The position numbers were made by a program, and so were the translations under genes. From contig CDRNVI010000002.1 in NCBI GenBank assembly GCA_977017575.1, positions 310,001 through 374,000 of the forward strand: a stretch of DNA of 64,000 nucleotides, in the 5' to 3' direction. Below the pieces are notes generated by a model. That model worked only from the letters and a program-made list of their open reading frames with translations, had not been told where the DNA came from and ran no database searches. Numbering within the stretch: the first letter of the stretch is position 1; every line of letters starts with the position of its first letter. This DNA is from Paramoeba atlantica (Eukaryota; Protista; Discosea). Shown piece by piece: positions 43,410-52,914 of this stretch.

Positions 43410-45677
43410 TCAGAGTGGTTCAGGTGACGATTCGCGTTCCATGTCCTCGATTTCCGCAGTGCCGACATCGGATATTAAAAGCGGATGCGAAGTCTCTTCT
43501 TCTCCACCGTTGCCCGAAGGTGGGGTTCCATCCGATTCCGGTTTGTGCATAAACTCTACAAGATCATTCTTCGTAACTATACCGAGTAGAGCGCCGTTCT
43601 TGGTTATCAACACATGATGTACTCCAAGTGAGACAAAAAGTTGCAACAAACGCGAAACTGAATTCTGATAGTGCAACACAAGAGGGGAGTAGTCCATAAA
43701 CTGTGCCAAATTCAACACCCCCGCCTCACTCGAATGCGTCAATCCCTCCTCACCTTCCTTAAAATTCACCACATGCGAAGAAACATCTCCCTCTGCACCC
43801 TTCCCAGCATTCTGCAATTCCCTCCCTAAGTCTCTTCGCGTGATATACCCCAAAAGCTGCCCCGTTGCCAAAACCACCGGATACCCCCGATAGTCACACC
43901 TCTGCACCACCCCCCGCAACTCCCCCACCGTCACCCCCCCCGCCCGCACCACACACATCTCCCGGCTTAGCAACCCCATCTGCCCCACGGTGGTGGGGCC
44001 CTCCACACTCGCGCCGGGGGGGAGAAACGGGTACCGCATCGCCGCGAACTGCTCCTCGTAGATCGACCCCACCCCGAGCCAGGCCCCGAACGCCTTGGCG
44101 GCCATAATCGCCACCGCGCACGGCACCAGGTACTCAAGCCCCCCGGTCATCTCGAACGCCACCACCACCAGGCTCACTGTCATCCGGGACACCCCCGCGA
44201 GCACGGCCAGGGACCCCACGAGCGCGTAGATCCCGGGGTGCACACACGCGACGCCGTGCTGGCAGGCCGCCGGGAGCACGGACTGCGGGAGGAGCGCGAC
44301 CTGGGCTTTTCGTAGCGCGATCCCCAGCGCTCTCCCCATCGCGCCCCCGATGAAGAGGGAGGGGACGAAGACCCCCGCGGGGAGGGGGGCGCCGTAGGTG
44401 AGGGCGGTGAGCAGGGTGGCGACGAGAGCGGTGAAGAGGAGTTGGAACAGCACGGCGCCCTCGTGGGGGTCGCAGAGGCCGTGGAGGTGGTGCCGGGAGC
44501 AGCCGTGGTAGGTCGCGGAGAGGAACTCGAGGGGGTTGCCCGTCATAAAGGGGTTGGAGAAGTTAAAGAGGGCGGTGAGGAGGGTGAGGAGGGCGACCTC
44601 GGTGGTGGGGTAGCGCCGGAGGGGGGTGGAGTGGCGGAAGGAGGTCCAGCGGAGGTTGAGGTAGGTGAGGGCGCTGCCGAGGGCACCCCCGAGGAGACCG
44701 AGGAGGAGGAAACCGGAGAGTTCGAACCAGTACCAGGCGTGGCGGTAGTCGACTTGGAACATGGTAAGCTTGCCGGTGTGGGTGGGGTCGATGCGTTGGA
44801 GGAGGATGGCGGCGGTGACACAGCAGATCAGGGCTTGGTGGAGAAGGCGGTGGGTGAAGAAATAGGAAATCTCCTCGATGCTGAAAATCACCCCACCGAT
44901 GGGAGCTCCGAAGGCTACACTGATGCCAGCACCCGCGGAGGCCGCAATGAGGTCACGGTATTTCGTCTCACTGTCGCGTACGGCGGGGAACAGTCGTGAG
45001 GTGACGTGACCCAAACAGCTGGCAATGTGAACAAAGGGACCTTCCTTGCCAATGCGCAGGCCGCTGCCTACGGAGAGGCAGAGCCCCAGAACCTTAACGA
45101 TCAGTGTACGCAACGATAACAGGTGTTTAATGTTGGTCCCGGAGACGATCATTTTGAGTTCTAAAATACCCCCGCCTGCGGCAAAAGGGGCGTACCATTG
45201 GACTAAAACAGAGCTCGACACGGCCATGACGACAGAGAGTAAGACGTAGATAAAACCTCGGAGTGCAAAATCTGAGGCGTGGTTGTGGTCCAACAGCGAG
45301 GCTTTTCCCCACGTTGCCCATTCCGCACATTCCGCGACGTGCTGACCGACATATCCCATACAGCACTCATTTCTGGGGAGCCAAAAGAAATCTTGGCAAA
45401 CACCGGTTTTCAGATCACCCAGCCAGCGACTCGTCACGTCCACGAAGGAAGCAACAACTCCGCACAAAACACCTGTTAGGATCAAGGTGAGCAAAAGTTG
45501 TGCGTGGTGTCCTGAAAGACCCCAAGGCAATCTTTTACTGGAATTACGGTCAGATGCAACGTGTCTTGTGCCCTCTAGTTCTCGGTGATGAACCCAATCC
45601 AAGTGGGTCCAGTTCTGCGGCATCCGTCCAGGGGTCCGCAGTATCCATGTTTTCAACGCATCGAGACTAAATACCAT
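43410..45677 (-). CDS. CLC chloride channel/exchanger (CLC-3/4/5-like) with CBS domains
   Basis: GGGILE, GKEGPFVH, FSIEE, GVFVPSL motifs; two C-terminal CBS domains. Confidence 0.95.
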   Translation of the reverse strand: MVFSLDALKTWILRTPGRMPQNWTHLDWVHHRELEGTRHVASDRNSSKRLPWGLSGHHAQLLLTLILTGVLCGVVASFVDVTSRWLGDLKTGVCQDFFWLPRNECCMGYVGQHVAECAEWATWGKASLLDHNHASDFALRGFIYVLLSVVMAVSSSVLVQWYAPFAAGGGILELKMIVSGTNIKHLLSLRTLIVKVLGLCLSVGSGLRIGKEGPFVHIASCLGHVTSRLFPAVRDSETKYRDLIAASAGAGISVAFGAPIGGVIFSIEEISYFFTHRLLHQALICCVTAAILLQRIDPTHTGKLTMFQVDYRHAWYWFELSGFLLLGLLGGALGSALTYLNLRWTSFRHSTPLRRYPTTEVALLTLLTALFNFSNPFMTGNPLEFLSATYHGCSRHHLHGLCDPHEGAVLFQLLFTALVATLLTALTYGAPLPAGVFVPSLFIGGAMGRALGIALRKAQVALLPQSVLPAACQHGVACVHPGIYALVGSLAVLAGVSRMTVSLVVVAFEMTGGLEYLVPCAVAIMAAKAFGAWLGVGSIYEEQFAAMRYPFLPPGASVEGPTTVGQMGLLSREMCVVRAGGVTVGELRGVVQRCDYRGYPVVLATGQLLGYITRRDLGRELQNAGKGAEGDVSSHVVNFKEGEEGLTHSSEAGVLNLAQFMDYSPLVLHYQNSVSRLLQLFVSLGVHHVLITKNGALLGIVTKNDLVEFMHKPESDGTPPSGNGGEEETSHPLLISDVGTAEIEDMERESSPEPL

Positions 45678-47449
45678 GGAGTGTCAAGGACGCAATAAGT
45701 AGCAAGGATGTAATAGATGGATACAACCGACAAAAGAAGCGACGCGATTCAGAAACGGTAGGTGTGCTCCGATTAAAATTTTAGAACATCTCACTCAATG
45801 CGCAATATCCTGGAGAATGAGCAAGTGCATCGTTGAAGCGCATAGGACGTCCCCGGCGTACAGAAAATGCAGAGAAGATCGTGTCATACGTTTTAAGTTT
45901 AATATTTGAAAAAATGATTGGAGCTTTGGTCTGCAGACTCTATTAGACTCTGACAATAGTTAAAAAGCGAAAAACTAATATGCTACAAAGAAATGTACTT
46001 CTCGACAGGTCATCCTCATTTTCCCTCTCTTTGTCTTTATTGTACTATCCCGTTCTCTGAGGAAAATTGCTTTTTGAAAATTGTTGGAAAATGAAGGATG
46101 ATAGAAAGAGTGGTTAAATATTTTCTGTCTTTTACGAAAAAAATGAATTTTTAGTTTTCAGTATGTTCTGAAATTTTGATAGCCCCGTGACTTTGTTCAT
46201 CAAGAAATTTCAGAAAGCAATCAGAAAAATGTGCAAAGTCAGGGGGTACATACAGTATGCAAAAAAACTGTTCACATGTTTGACACTTTTTTGTTGGTGG
46301 TGTTTCCCTGTGGCCAGGGGTCGTGTGCATTGAAGTAGTATATCAGAGTAGTGTACGCGTGGGTACTAGGTATATGTTGCCATAGAGCTTCCGACTCAAT
46401 CGGCTTTGTAACAAAAGTGTGATCGTATGCAAGTAAAGAAAAACATGTGAACAGTTTTTTTGCAATTTCGAGTTACGATTTTTTAGGCGAAAAATACAAT
46501 TTACTGATGCATAAAAACGGAGTATGTACCTTCAAATGAATACTAGCGGAACTCTTTCTTGTGCCTTGATTGATGTCTATATGCGCCTACGCATGTAGTC
46601 GACCAAGGAATGGCTTAACCTTGTGGTATTCTTGCTCATTCCTATTTGACCTGACTTTAGAGCTCCAGAACACCTGTGAATCGAGTTGCGCGACTTGCAA
46701 TTGTTCTTTTTGGATGTTCTCTGTATGTGTTCTGGGGCTCCGAGGTGCGCCTAATGGGCTGTACATTCTAAAATCGTGTAAATCTCATTAACAGAGAAGA
46801 TCTTCGTCAACTTGACGCGAACTCTCCTCCCCCGTTCATCTCTGGCGAATTCAGATCCCCATGTAATCCACTCATTTTGAGCGGCTAAGGGCATGTGTGG
46901 CATTATTCTTCATTATTAGCGTATGAAAAATCAACGAACAGTTCGGTATTCGTGGTCCTTTGAAGCAGGACAATCTTACTCGTACCATTGAGTGATATGC
47001 AGCACTATCAGGCCACCACACTCAATGGTACCTTGGGCAGTACACTCATCTAGACCTTTCGTTAAGAAAGGTTCGAATTCGTTAAGAATTCACGGCAAAG
47101 CCCCAAGTCAACCTTAAAAAATGTAAGTAGAAACTTGTAAAAAGTATGAACTTGTAAAAGTGTGAACTTTTAAAAACGTAAGCATGAACTGAAAAAGGAC
47201 TTTGATATATGAAAAAATACGATACTGATTTGATTTCAACCTTTTTAATGAGATATTACATCCCAGACGCGGGGTGGACATTATGCTGAGAAAATTCTGG
47301 TGAACTTAAACATAAGCACGTCAAATCTATGTGTGTAATTGTACATGCCTGATAACTCCTCGTTACCTTCCAAGTTCAGTATACGTACGGACGACGGAAG
47401 CGTAGAAAATCCAAACGTGCCTGAAAATCTGTTCCATTCCAGCTGTTTT

Positions 47450-47980
47450 TTCATGCACTTATCGTGCAGAGATTTGCCTCACTACATGTCCTTACCCGCA
47501 TACGACGGGTGGATCACGTGAGGATTTGCCCTCGCTGGAAGAGAATGGGTGCAGAGAGCTGACGTCCCAGGTGCAGAGAGCTCGGTTGTCATGTGCAGGT
47601 GCAGAGAGCCGGTTGCGTAATCCCCATATTACAGTTTCGGGGGCAATCCGGGTGCAGAGAGCTGCGACAGAGCCGAGGTGCGGAGATCTGGGTGATCGCC
47701 AGGTGCGGAGAGCCGGAAGTCGTAGCGAAGAACACGTCTAGTGGTCCTCAAGGGAGGCCCCCGTGACGCATTGCCTCCTCGGAAAGGTAGGCACGAGAAA
47801 GAGAAGCCGAGAGAGGGAAGCACACTCACTCCAGGAGAGTGTCGGGGAGGGGTGAAGGATGAAAGGCGCGTCCCCTGCTTCAACAAAAAGAGAGACAGTC
47901 CCGACCTTAGTGCCGGCCGGCAACGGGCATATAATTACAGTAAGACTATGCCCGTTGCCGGGGAAAGAAAGGATGAACAA
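47450..47980. repeat. ~530-bp GC-rich dispersed element, copy 2
   Basis: Colinear with 18295-18825. Confidence 0.9.
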
Positions 47981-48419
47981 GCAAAGGATGATGCAGATTT
48001 TCCAGCGACCGTGGAAGCAACGCAGTCTCCAACTCACCGCGCAGCTCGTTCTTGGAAAGGTCCAACTTTATTAGTCCCTGAGGAAGACTCTCCAATTGAA
48101 GTTCCCAGGTCAGATAGTTACACTGAGTACGATGCCCTCCGCAGTCAAAAATAATCAAAGAAGCAGGGATATTTTCCCAATGCATCGGGCCGTGCAGCTC
48201 AAGAGCGTTCCATTGAATCGCAGTCACTTCGCCGGATGGGTCTAAATGTACACCAGGCCATTCGCTGGCTGGGATTTCGTCCCTCCATTGAATCGGAGTT
48301 TTTAGCAGATCTTTTACCATACGAAATAAGTAAAACTCTGGAGGTAGCGTTGCGCGTGAGACTTTCCCACAGAGTGAAGTTCGTGGTTCGTCCTCAGCGC
48401 AAGAGTACAGCAGAATCAT
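47946..48419 (-). pseudogene. Truncated LRR gene, same family as 32996-33733
   Basis: EWPGVHL...IQW N-cap, LESLPQGLIKLDLSKNELRGEL; frame runs into the repeat element. Confidence 0.7.
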
Positions 48420-49088
48420 AAAAAAATCTATGCGTTAATGAACGTGGTGATGGGAATAAAAATGTAACCGTTTATACGACGAGGTGGAACTCAAGCTGAG
48501 TCTAAAACAAATGTCAAAATACAAAATTCGGAAAAGGCTTACCAGCAATCGTATTACTTTCATCGAAGTAGGCTTTCTACAATAAAAATACTGCACAACA
48601 TAGGATCTAATTCCTAAACACAGTGGAGCGCTTCGCAACTATTTCCCATTTTATGACTATACGTTTTCCCCTTTTATGACTATATGTTTTAAGAATTACG
48701 TAACTGAGCTGGAAAGAAGCAAACAAATGAAAAGGGTTCACGATGTTAGCGCGTCGATCAAAATACTTCAGATTTGCTAGAAGAAAAATGGGGGAAACGA
48801 CTTTTTCAAATTCTTCGCATGTGTAAATATGAAATGAGAAACTGCATCAACGTAAAATGTGGCAACAAAATGTAATTTATGTTACAATAAGGGATCAACA
48901 TTTTCTTCATCCAAGGGGCAAATAGCCGATATTTAATCAAAACAATGCAAAACGCCAACATGACGAGCCAAACGGGGCAACTTCTGATCTCGTATAACAT
49001 TACCTACTACCTTGTAGTTTAACTAACATACCCAACTTACCTGAACTCATCTTTATAAAGAATAAAACTTCTATTTTTGTATCACGCC

Positions 49089-50318
49089 TCACAGTTGACT
49101 TTTATGAACCTTCGGCACGTCATCCGGGAACTCCTCCTCAAGCGGCAGCGTCATCGCATAGGTCACCAAATCCTGCGCACTCATCTTCCCCTCCAGCAAC
49201 TGCGCCACCGCGGACAAAATCGGAACCCGAATCCCCAACCTCTCCGCCAACCTCTTTGTCGCCTTCGCCGTCGGCAACCCCTCCACCACCCCCCCTGCCC
49301 CCTCCAACGCCTTCTCCACCCCCACCCCGGTCGCCAGCAGCTGCCCGAACTTCGCATTCCGACTCAACCCCCCATAGCAGGTCAGCATCAAATCCCCCAT
49401 CCCGGCGAGCCCCCCCATGGTCTGCGAGCGCCCCCCGAGCCCCACCACGAGCCTGCGGAGGTCCGCCCAGCCGCGGGTGAGCAGCCCGTTGGTGGTGTTC
49501 GGCCCCAGCCCCAGGGCAACCGCCATGCCGCACAGAATGCTCAGCACGTTCTTCAGCGCGGAGCACGCCTCCACGCCGCGCACGTCCGTGCTGGTGTAGA
49601 CCCGGAACACGTCGGAGGAGAGGGCGCGCTGGACGAACCGGGCGGTCGGGGGGCTCGCCGAGGCGACGGTCACCCACGTCGGCCGGGCCTCCATGACCCC
49701 GCGCGCGAAGCTGGGCCCCGCGAGGAAGGCGGTGGGGTGGTGGGGCCCGAGCTCCGCGGAGAGGATGTCCTCGATGAAGTGGAGCGTGTCGACGGCAATG
49801 CCTTTGCTTACGGAGAGGACAGGGACGGAGGGGGGGAGGTGGGGTTTGAGCGCCCGGAGGTAGGCACGGGAGAATTGGACCGGGATAGCGTGGATAAGGA
49901 GAGTGGAGCCGGGGATGGCCTCGGTGGGGGAGGTGGTGGCGGTGACGGTGGGGGGGAGGGGGGATTCGGGAAAACAGAGCGTGTTGCGGTGATGGGTGTT
50001 GATGTGGGTGACGTGTTTGGTTTCACTCTCCCGCATGAGAATCTTTACGTGATGGCCGCTTCGTCCTAGGGTACATGCCATGGCAGTACCAAACGCTCCA
50101 CCCCCCATCACGCACACACGCATGATTTGTGTAGGATGGCGTAAAGGTCGGGAGGCGAGGTCCTTATGAATGAGCGCCATTTCCGCGTGTGTTACGAAAC
50201 GTGGAGAGGCGCAGTGCTGTTGTGCCAGATCCCTCGCAATCACAGCACACAATTCGGGTGTGACGGAAATAGTGTCCCCGGCAAAGTGGTTCTGCACAGC
50301 AATCAAAACTTGGTCCAT
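49089..50318 (-). CDS. GPD: NAD(P)+-dependent glycerol-3-phosphate dehydrogenase with PTS1-like C-terminus
   Basis: GGGAFGTA, SKGI, GPSFA, LKNV, GDLMLTC...SRN, VVEG; ends -SQL; start set at MDQVL because the longer ORF begins inside a MITE. Confidence 0.93.
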   Translation of the reverse strand: MDQVLIAVQNHFAGDTISVTPELCAVIARDLAQQHCASPRFVTHAEMALIHKDLASRPLRHPTQIMRVCVMGGGAFGTAMACTLGRSGHHVKILMRESETKHVTHINTHHRNTLCFPESPLPPTVTATTSPTEAIPGSTLLIHAIPVQFSRAYLRALKPHLPPSVPVLSVSKGIAVDTLHFIEDILSAELGPHHPTAFLAGPSFARGVMEARPTWVTVASASPPTARFVQRALSSDVFRVYTSTDVRGVEACSALKNVLSILCGMAVALGLGPNTTNGLLTRGWADLRRLVVGLGGRSQTMGGLAGMGDLMLTCYGGLSRNAKFGQLLATGVGVEKALEGAGGVVEGLPTAKATKRLAERLGIRVPILSAVAQLLEGKMSAQDLVTYAMTLPLEEEFPDDVPKVHKSQL

Positions 50319-50373
50319 TTTCCTCGGAAAAAAGGCAGTAAAAAGTAGTACATACGGTAGTAAGGTATACGTA

Positions 50374-50551
50374 ATGTCCCCCCGTTTAAGCGCACCTCGT
50401 TTTCCGTGAAAAGTGCGCTTAAACGGGGGGGGGGGGGGCTGAATCTGTACATAAAAAAAAATTGGCGCCGCTTCGCGGCGCCGCAGTCTACACCTCACCT
50501 CTATGTGCGCTTAAACGGGGGTCTGACTGCGTGCGCTTAAGGGGGGGACAG
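50374..50551. mobile_element. 178-bp CTGT-family MITE
   Basis: TA-(A/C)TGTCCCCCC..TTAAGCGCAC inverted ends; central GGCGCCGCTTCGCGGCGCC hairpin. Confidence 0.75.
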
Positions 50552-50739
50552 TATATGTAGTAGTAAGGTATACGTAGTAAGGTATACAGTCCAGCTCTTG
50601 GCTCCCCCCAGGCTGCAGATCGCACCGTAAGAGCTTTTGACCCGATTCCTTCGGCATTCAACAGATCTCGAAAAACTAGAGCGTTTACTGCCGTCATTTT
50701 GACCATACCGACCCCTATGCGCATCATGGCTAAAAAATA

Positions 50740-50910
50740 CAGGAAAAAATAGGTGTTTTTTTTCATAATTTAAAAAAATCCATTTGTTCCAATTTTTCAG
50801 AGCTTTTTTCTTTATAAATGGTTTCTCATTCCCCCAGCTAGCCTCGTACCCCGCGGCGGTACCAGTCTTGTACTGCCGCCTGTACAATCTGGGCATTGCC
50901 TTTCTCATTC
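50740..50910 (-). mobile_element. 5'-truncated 3' end of a second copy of the CRE-like retroelement
   Basis: Encodes KGNAQIVQAAVQDWYRRGVRG*, matching the end of ORF 51241-52704 (KGNAQIAHAAVQNWYRRGVR*). Confidence 0.85.
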
Positions 50911-51240
50911 AATGAATTTGCGGGATACTCCCGTTCAATCTACACAAGGACAGTATATCAACTCTCCCAAAAACAAAACACCCCCAATCAGTCATAAAAT
51001 AGTGCGATGAATCCAATAGAGAACGTTTGGTCCATAATGGACCGAATTGTAAAGGAAAAATTGAGGGAGATACTGTGCCCCCCCACTTTTTCGAAAAAAG
51101 GACAATTAAATGGGGGGGATCAATTTATTTGGTTAGATGAAACAAAGGTCCCAAACTTTTTTCATTATTTTAGGAATGAAAACAGGTTTAGGAAGCAAAT
51201 GAAAGAAACCTTTTTTTTTGTTTGTCCGCCCCCGAGCCCA

Positions 51241-52704
51241 TTAGCGCACGCCCCTACGGTACCAGTTTTGTACCGCGGCATGCGCTATCTGGGCGTTCCC
51301 CTTTTGGATGGCTACCCCGATTGCCATGATGAAGTGGCTGAGGCAACCATTCTTCTCGCCGGTGGCCTTCCGAGCGACCAGATTTAGAAACTGGAGGGTC
51401 TCGGGTCCGGGGACACCGTACGTGGTGAAGGCCAAGGGGAAGAAATCCATCTCCCTGTCCCCCGCCATTTCCTCGTGAGTGCGCCTTTTGAGACGCTCTG
51501 CCTGCCTCACGGTGAAGGAGGGATCAGCAGCCTCCTTATCTACGTAGGACGGGGCCAGTGGGTTTACCACCGTCGCGTCCACTAGGACTAGCTTCCGCCC
51601 CAAAAGGAAACAAATGTCCGGTCCCCGACCGTTATCGAATCTAGGTTCGACGAGGTCTGGGGAGAATCCGTACTGGATTAATAGGTTGCGGAAAGTTTCC
51701 TTGACCCCCTTGTGGCGAGAGGCTTGTGTCTTTCCCCGAACCTTCTTACAATCCATGGCGTGGACGCAGAACTCCTCATTTTTGAGGGCCGCGCCACACA
51801 CACATTGGATTTCTGGTTCGGAGGTGGGGGCCACCATGTACCGGACTCTAGCGGCGGTCTCCCATTCGGGATCCCGCATGTAGTACTCCGGCCTGTTCGG
51901 CCACGCATTCATCCACTTGGTCGAGTGGATGTTCTGGATCTGTCGCATGCAGACCAGATGCGTGGCCGACGGTGCCTTGTCCAAAGCAGCCGCCCCATAG
52001 GCGCGTCTTTGCTCCCTGGCGGGGGTGCCGGGGGACTGGCCTTGTAAGGCCTTGACTGCTTTGGCCTGCATGTCCTCCGCTTTGTCTTCGAAGGGGATGG
52101 TGCCCAGGAAGTCCGCCGTAAAAAGTTTGTTTACGAACGGCGTCGTTCCCATAGCACCCATCCCTCCGATAAGAGCTTCGGAGCATGCGGTGATGGCCGC
52201 GTCCACCTGCAGGTTCGCCTTTTTGGTCACCCCCGGTTCGTGCGTGCGAACTATGTGGTTCCACCGGGGGCTCCCGCATAGGCGGAGGAGAGGGAGGGCG
52301 CACTGTCTGGGTAAATCCTTGAGTTTACCCAGGAAATTAGTGACCTTGGGGACCTTGGAGAGGACCCATTCCTCTTCCCGCGCTTCCGAGGCGCCAATGT
52401 ACGCCCCCAGAAGTTTCAGTCCCCCCGGACCGTGTTGCATCCGGCTCCCCGAGAAAGCCGTGTGCAGGCCTGGGTGGCGGGTAGCAACCTTGCACTTGGC
52501 CAGCTGTGCCAGGCTGTCCGGGGAAGGCGTGATGTCACCCTGCTCCGTCACCGCGCCTTGGGTATTGGGGGGCGTGACACTGGGGGCCTTGTAGGGAGGG
52601 TCCGTCCCAGCCATATGGGGGTAAGGCGGCGGAGGGGAGGTGGGGCACTCGCATTCCTGACGGGAAGAGTTACGAGGAGAAGTAGAGGCCGCGATTCCCT
52701 CCAT
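51241..52704 (-). CDS. CRE/SLACS/CZAR-like non-LTR ORF2: RT thumb + CCHC knuckle + restriction-like endonuclease, RT palm absent
   Basis: GLKLLGAYIG; CVCG...HAMDC; SRH; EPRFDNGRGPD...LVDATVVNP...AERLK; FFPLAFTTYG; no YxDD in any frame of the ORF track. Confidence 0.88.
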   Translation of the reverse strand: MEGIAASTSPRNSSRQECECPTSPPPPYPHMAGTDPPYKAPSVTPPNTQGAVTEQGDITPSPDSLAQLAKCKVATRHPGLHTAFSGSRMQHGPGGLKLLGAYIGASEAREEEWVLSKVPKVTNFLGKLKDLPRQCALPLLRLCGSPRWNHIVRTHEPGVTKKANLQVDAAITACSEALIGGMGAMGTTPFVNKLFTADFLGTIPFEDKAEDMQAKAVKALQGQSPGTPAREQRRAYGAAALDKAPSATHLVCMRQIQNIHSTKWMNAWPNRPEYYMRDPEWETAARVRYMVAPTSEPEIQCVCGAALKNEEFCVHAMDCKKVRGKTQASRHKGVKETFRNLLIQYGFSPDLVEPRFDNGRGPDICFLLGRKLVLVDATVVNPLAPSYVDKEAADPSFTVRQAERLKRRTHEEMAGDREMDFFPLAFTTYGVPGPETLQFLNLVARKATGEKNGCLSHFIMAIGVAIQKGNAQIAHAAVQNWYRRGVR

Positions 52705-52914
52705 GATAGTACCTGCCCCACCCGGGGTAGGGGTTGTAGCGCCAGGGGTAAGGACATTTTGGGTCTCCCTCCGGGCCCGCCACGTCTTAGAATGAGGACC
52801 TGGGTTTGCCTCGATACAGCCTCTGCGGAGGTTGCATTGAACAACACGGGTGGTCCAGCCCGTTTCGCTTACCAGGGTTTCCGTGGGAAGGAAACAGCAA
52901 AGGAGCCCTTCTTC

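Noticed and set aside
50319-50498. N-terminal extension of GPDH in the ORF track
   Set aside because: The ATG lies inside a MITE; chance open frame.
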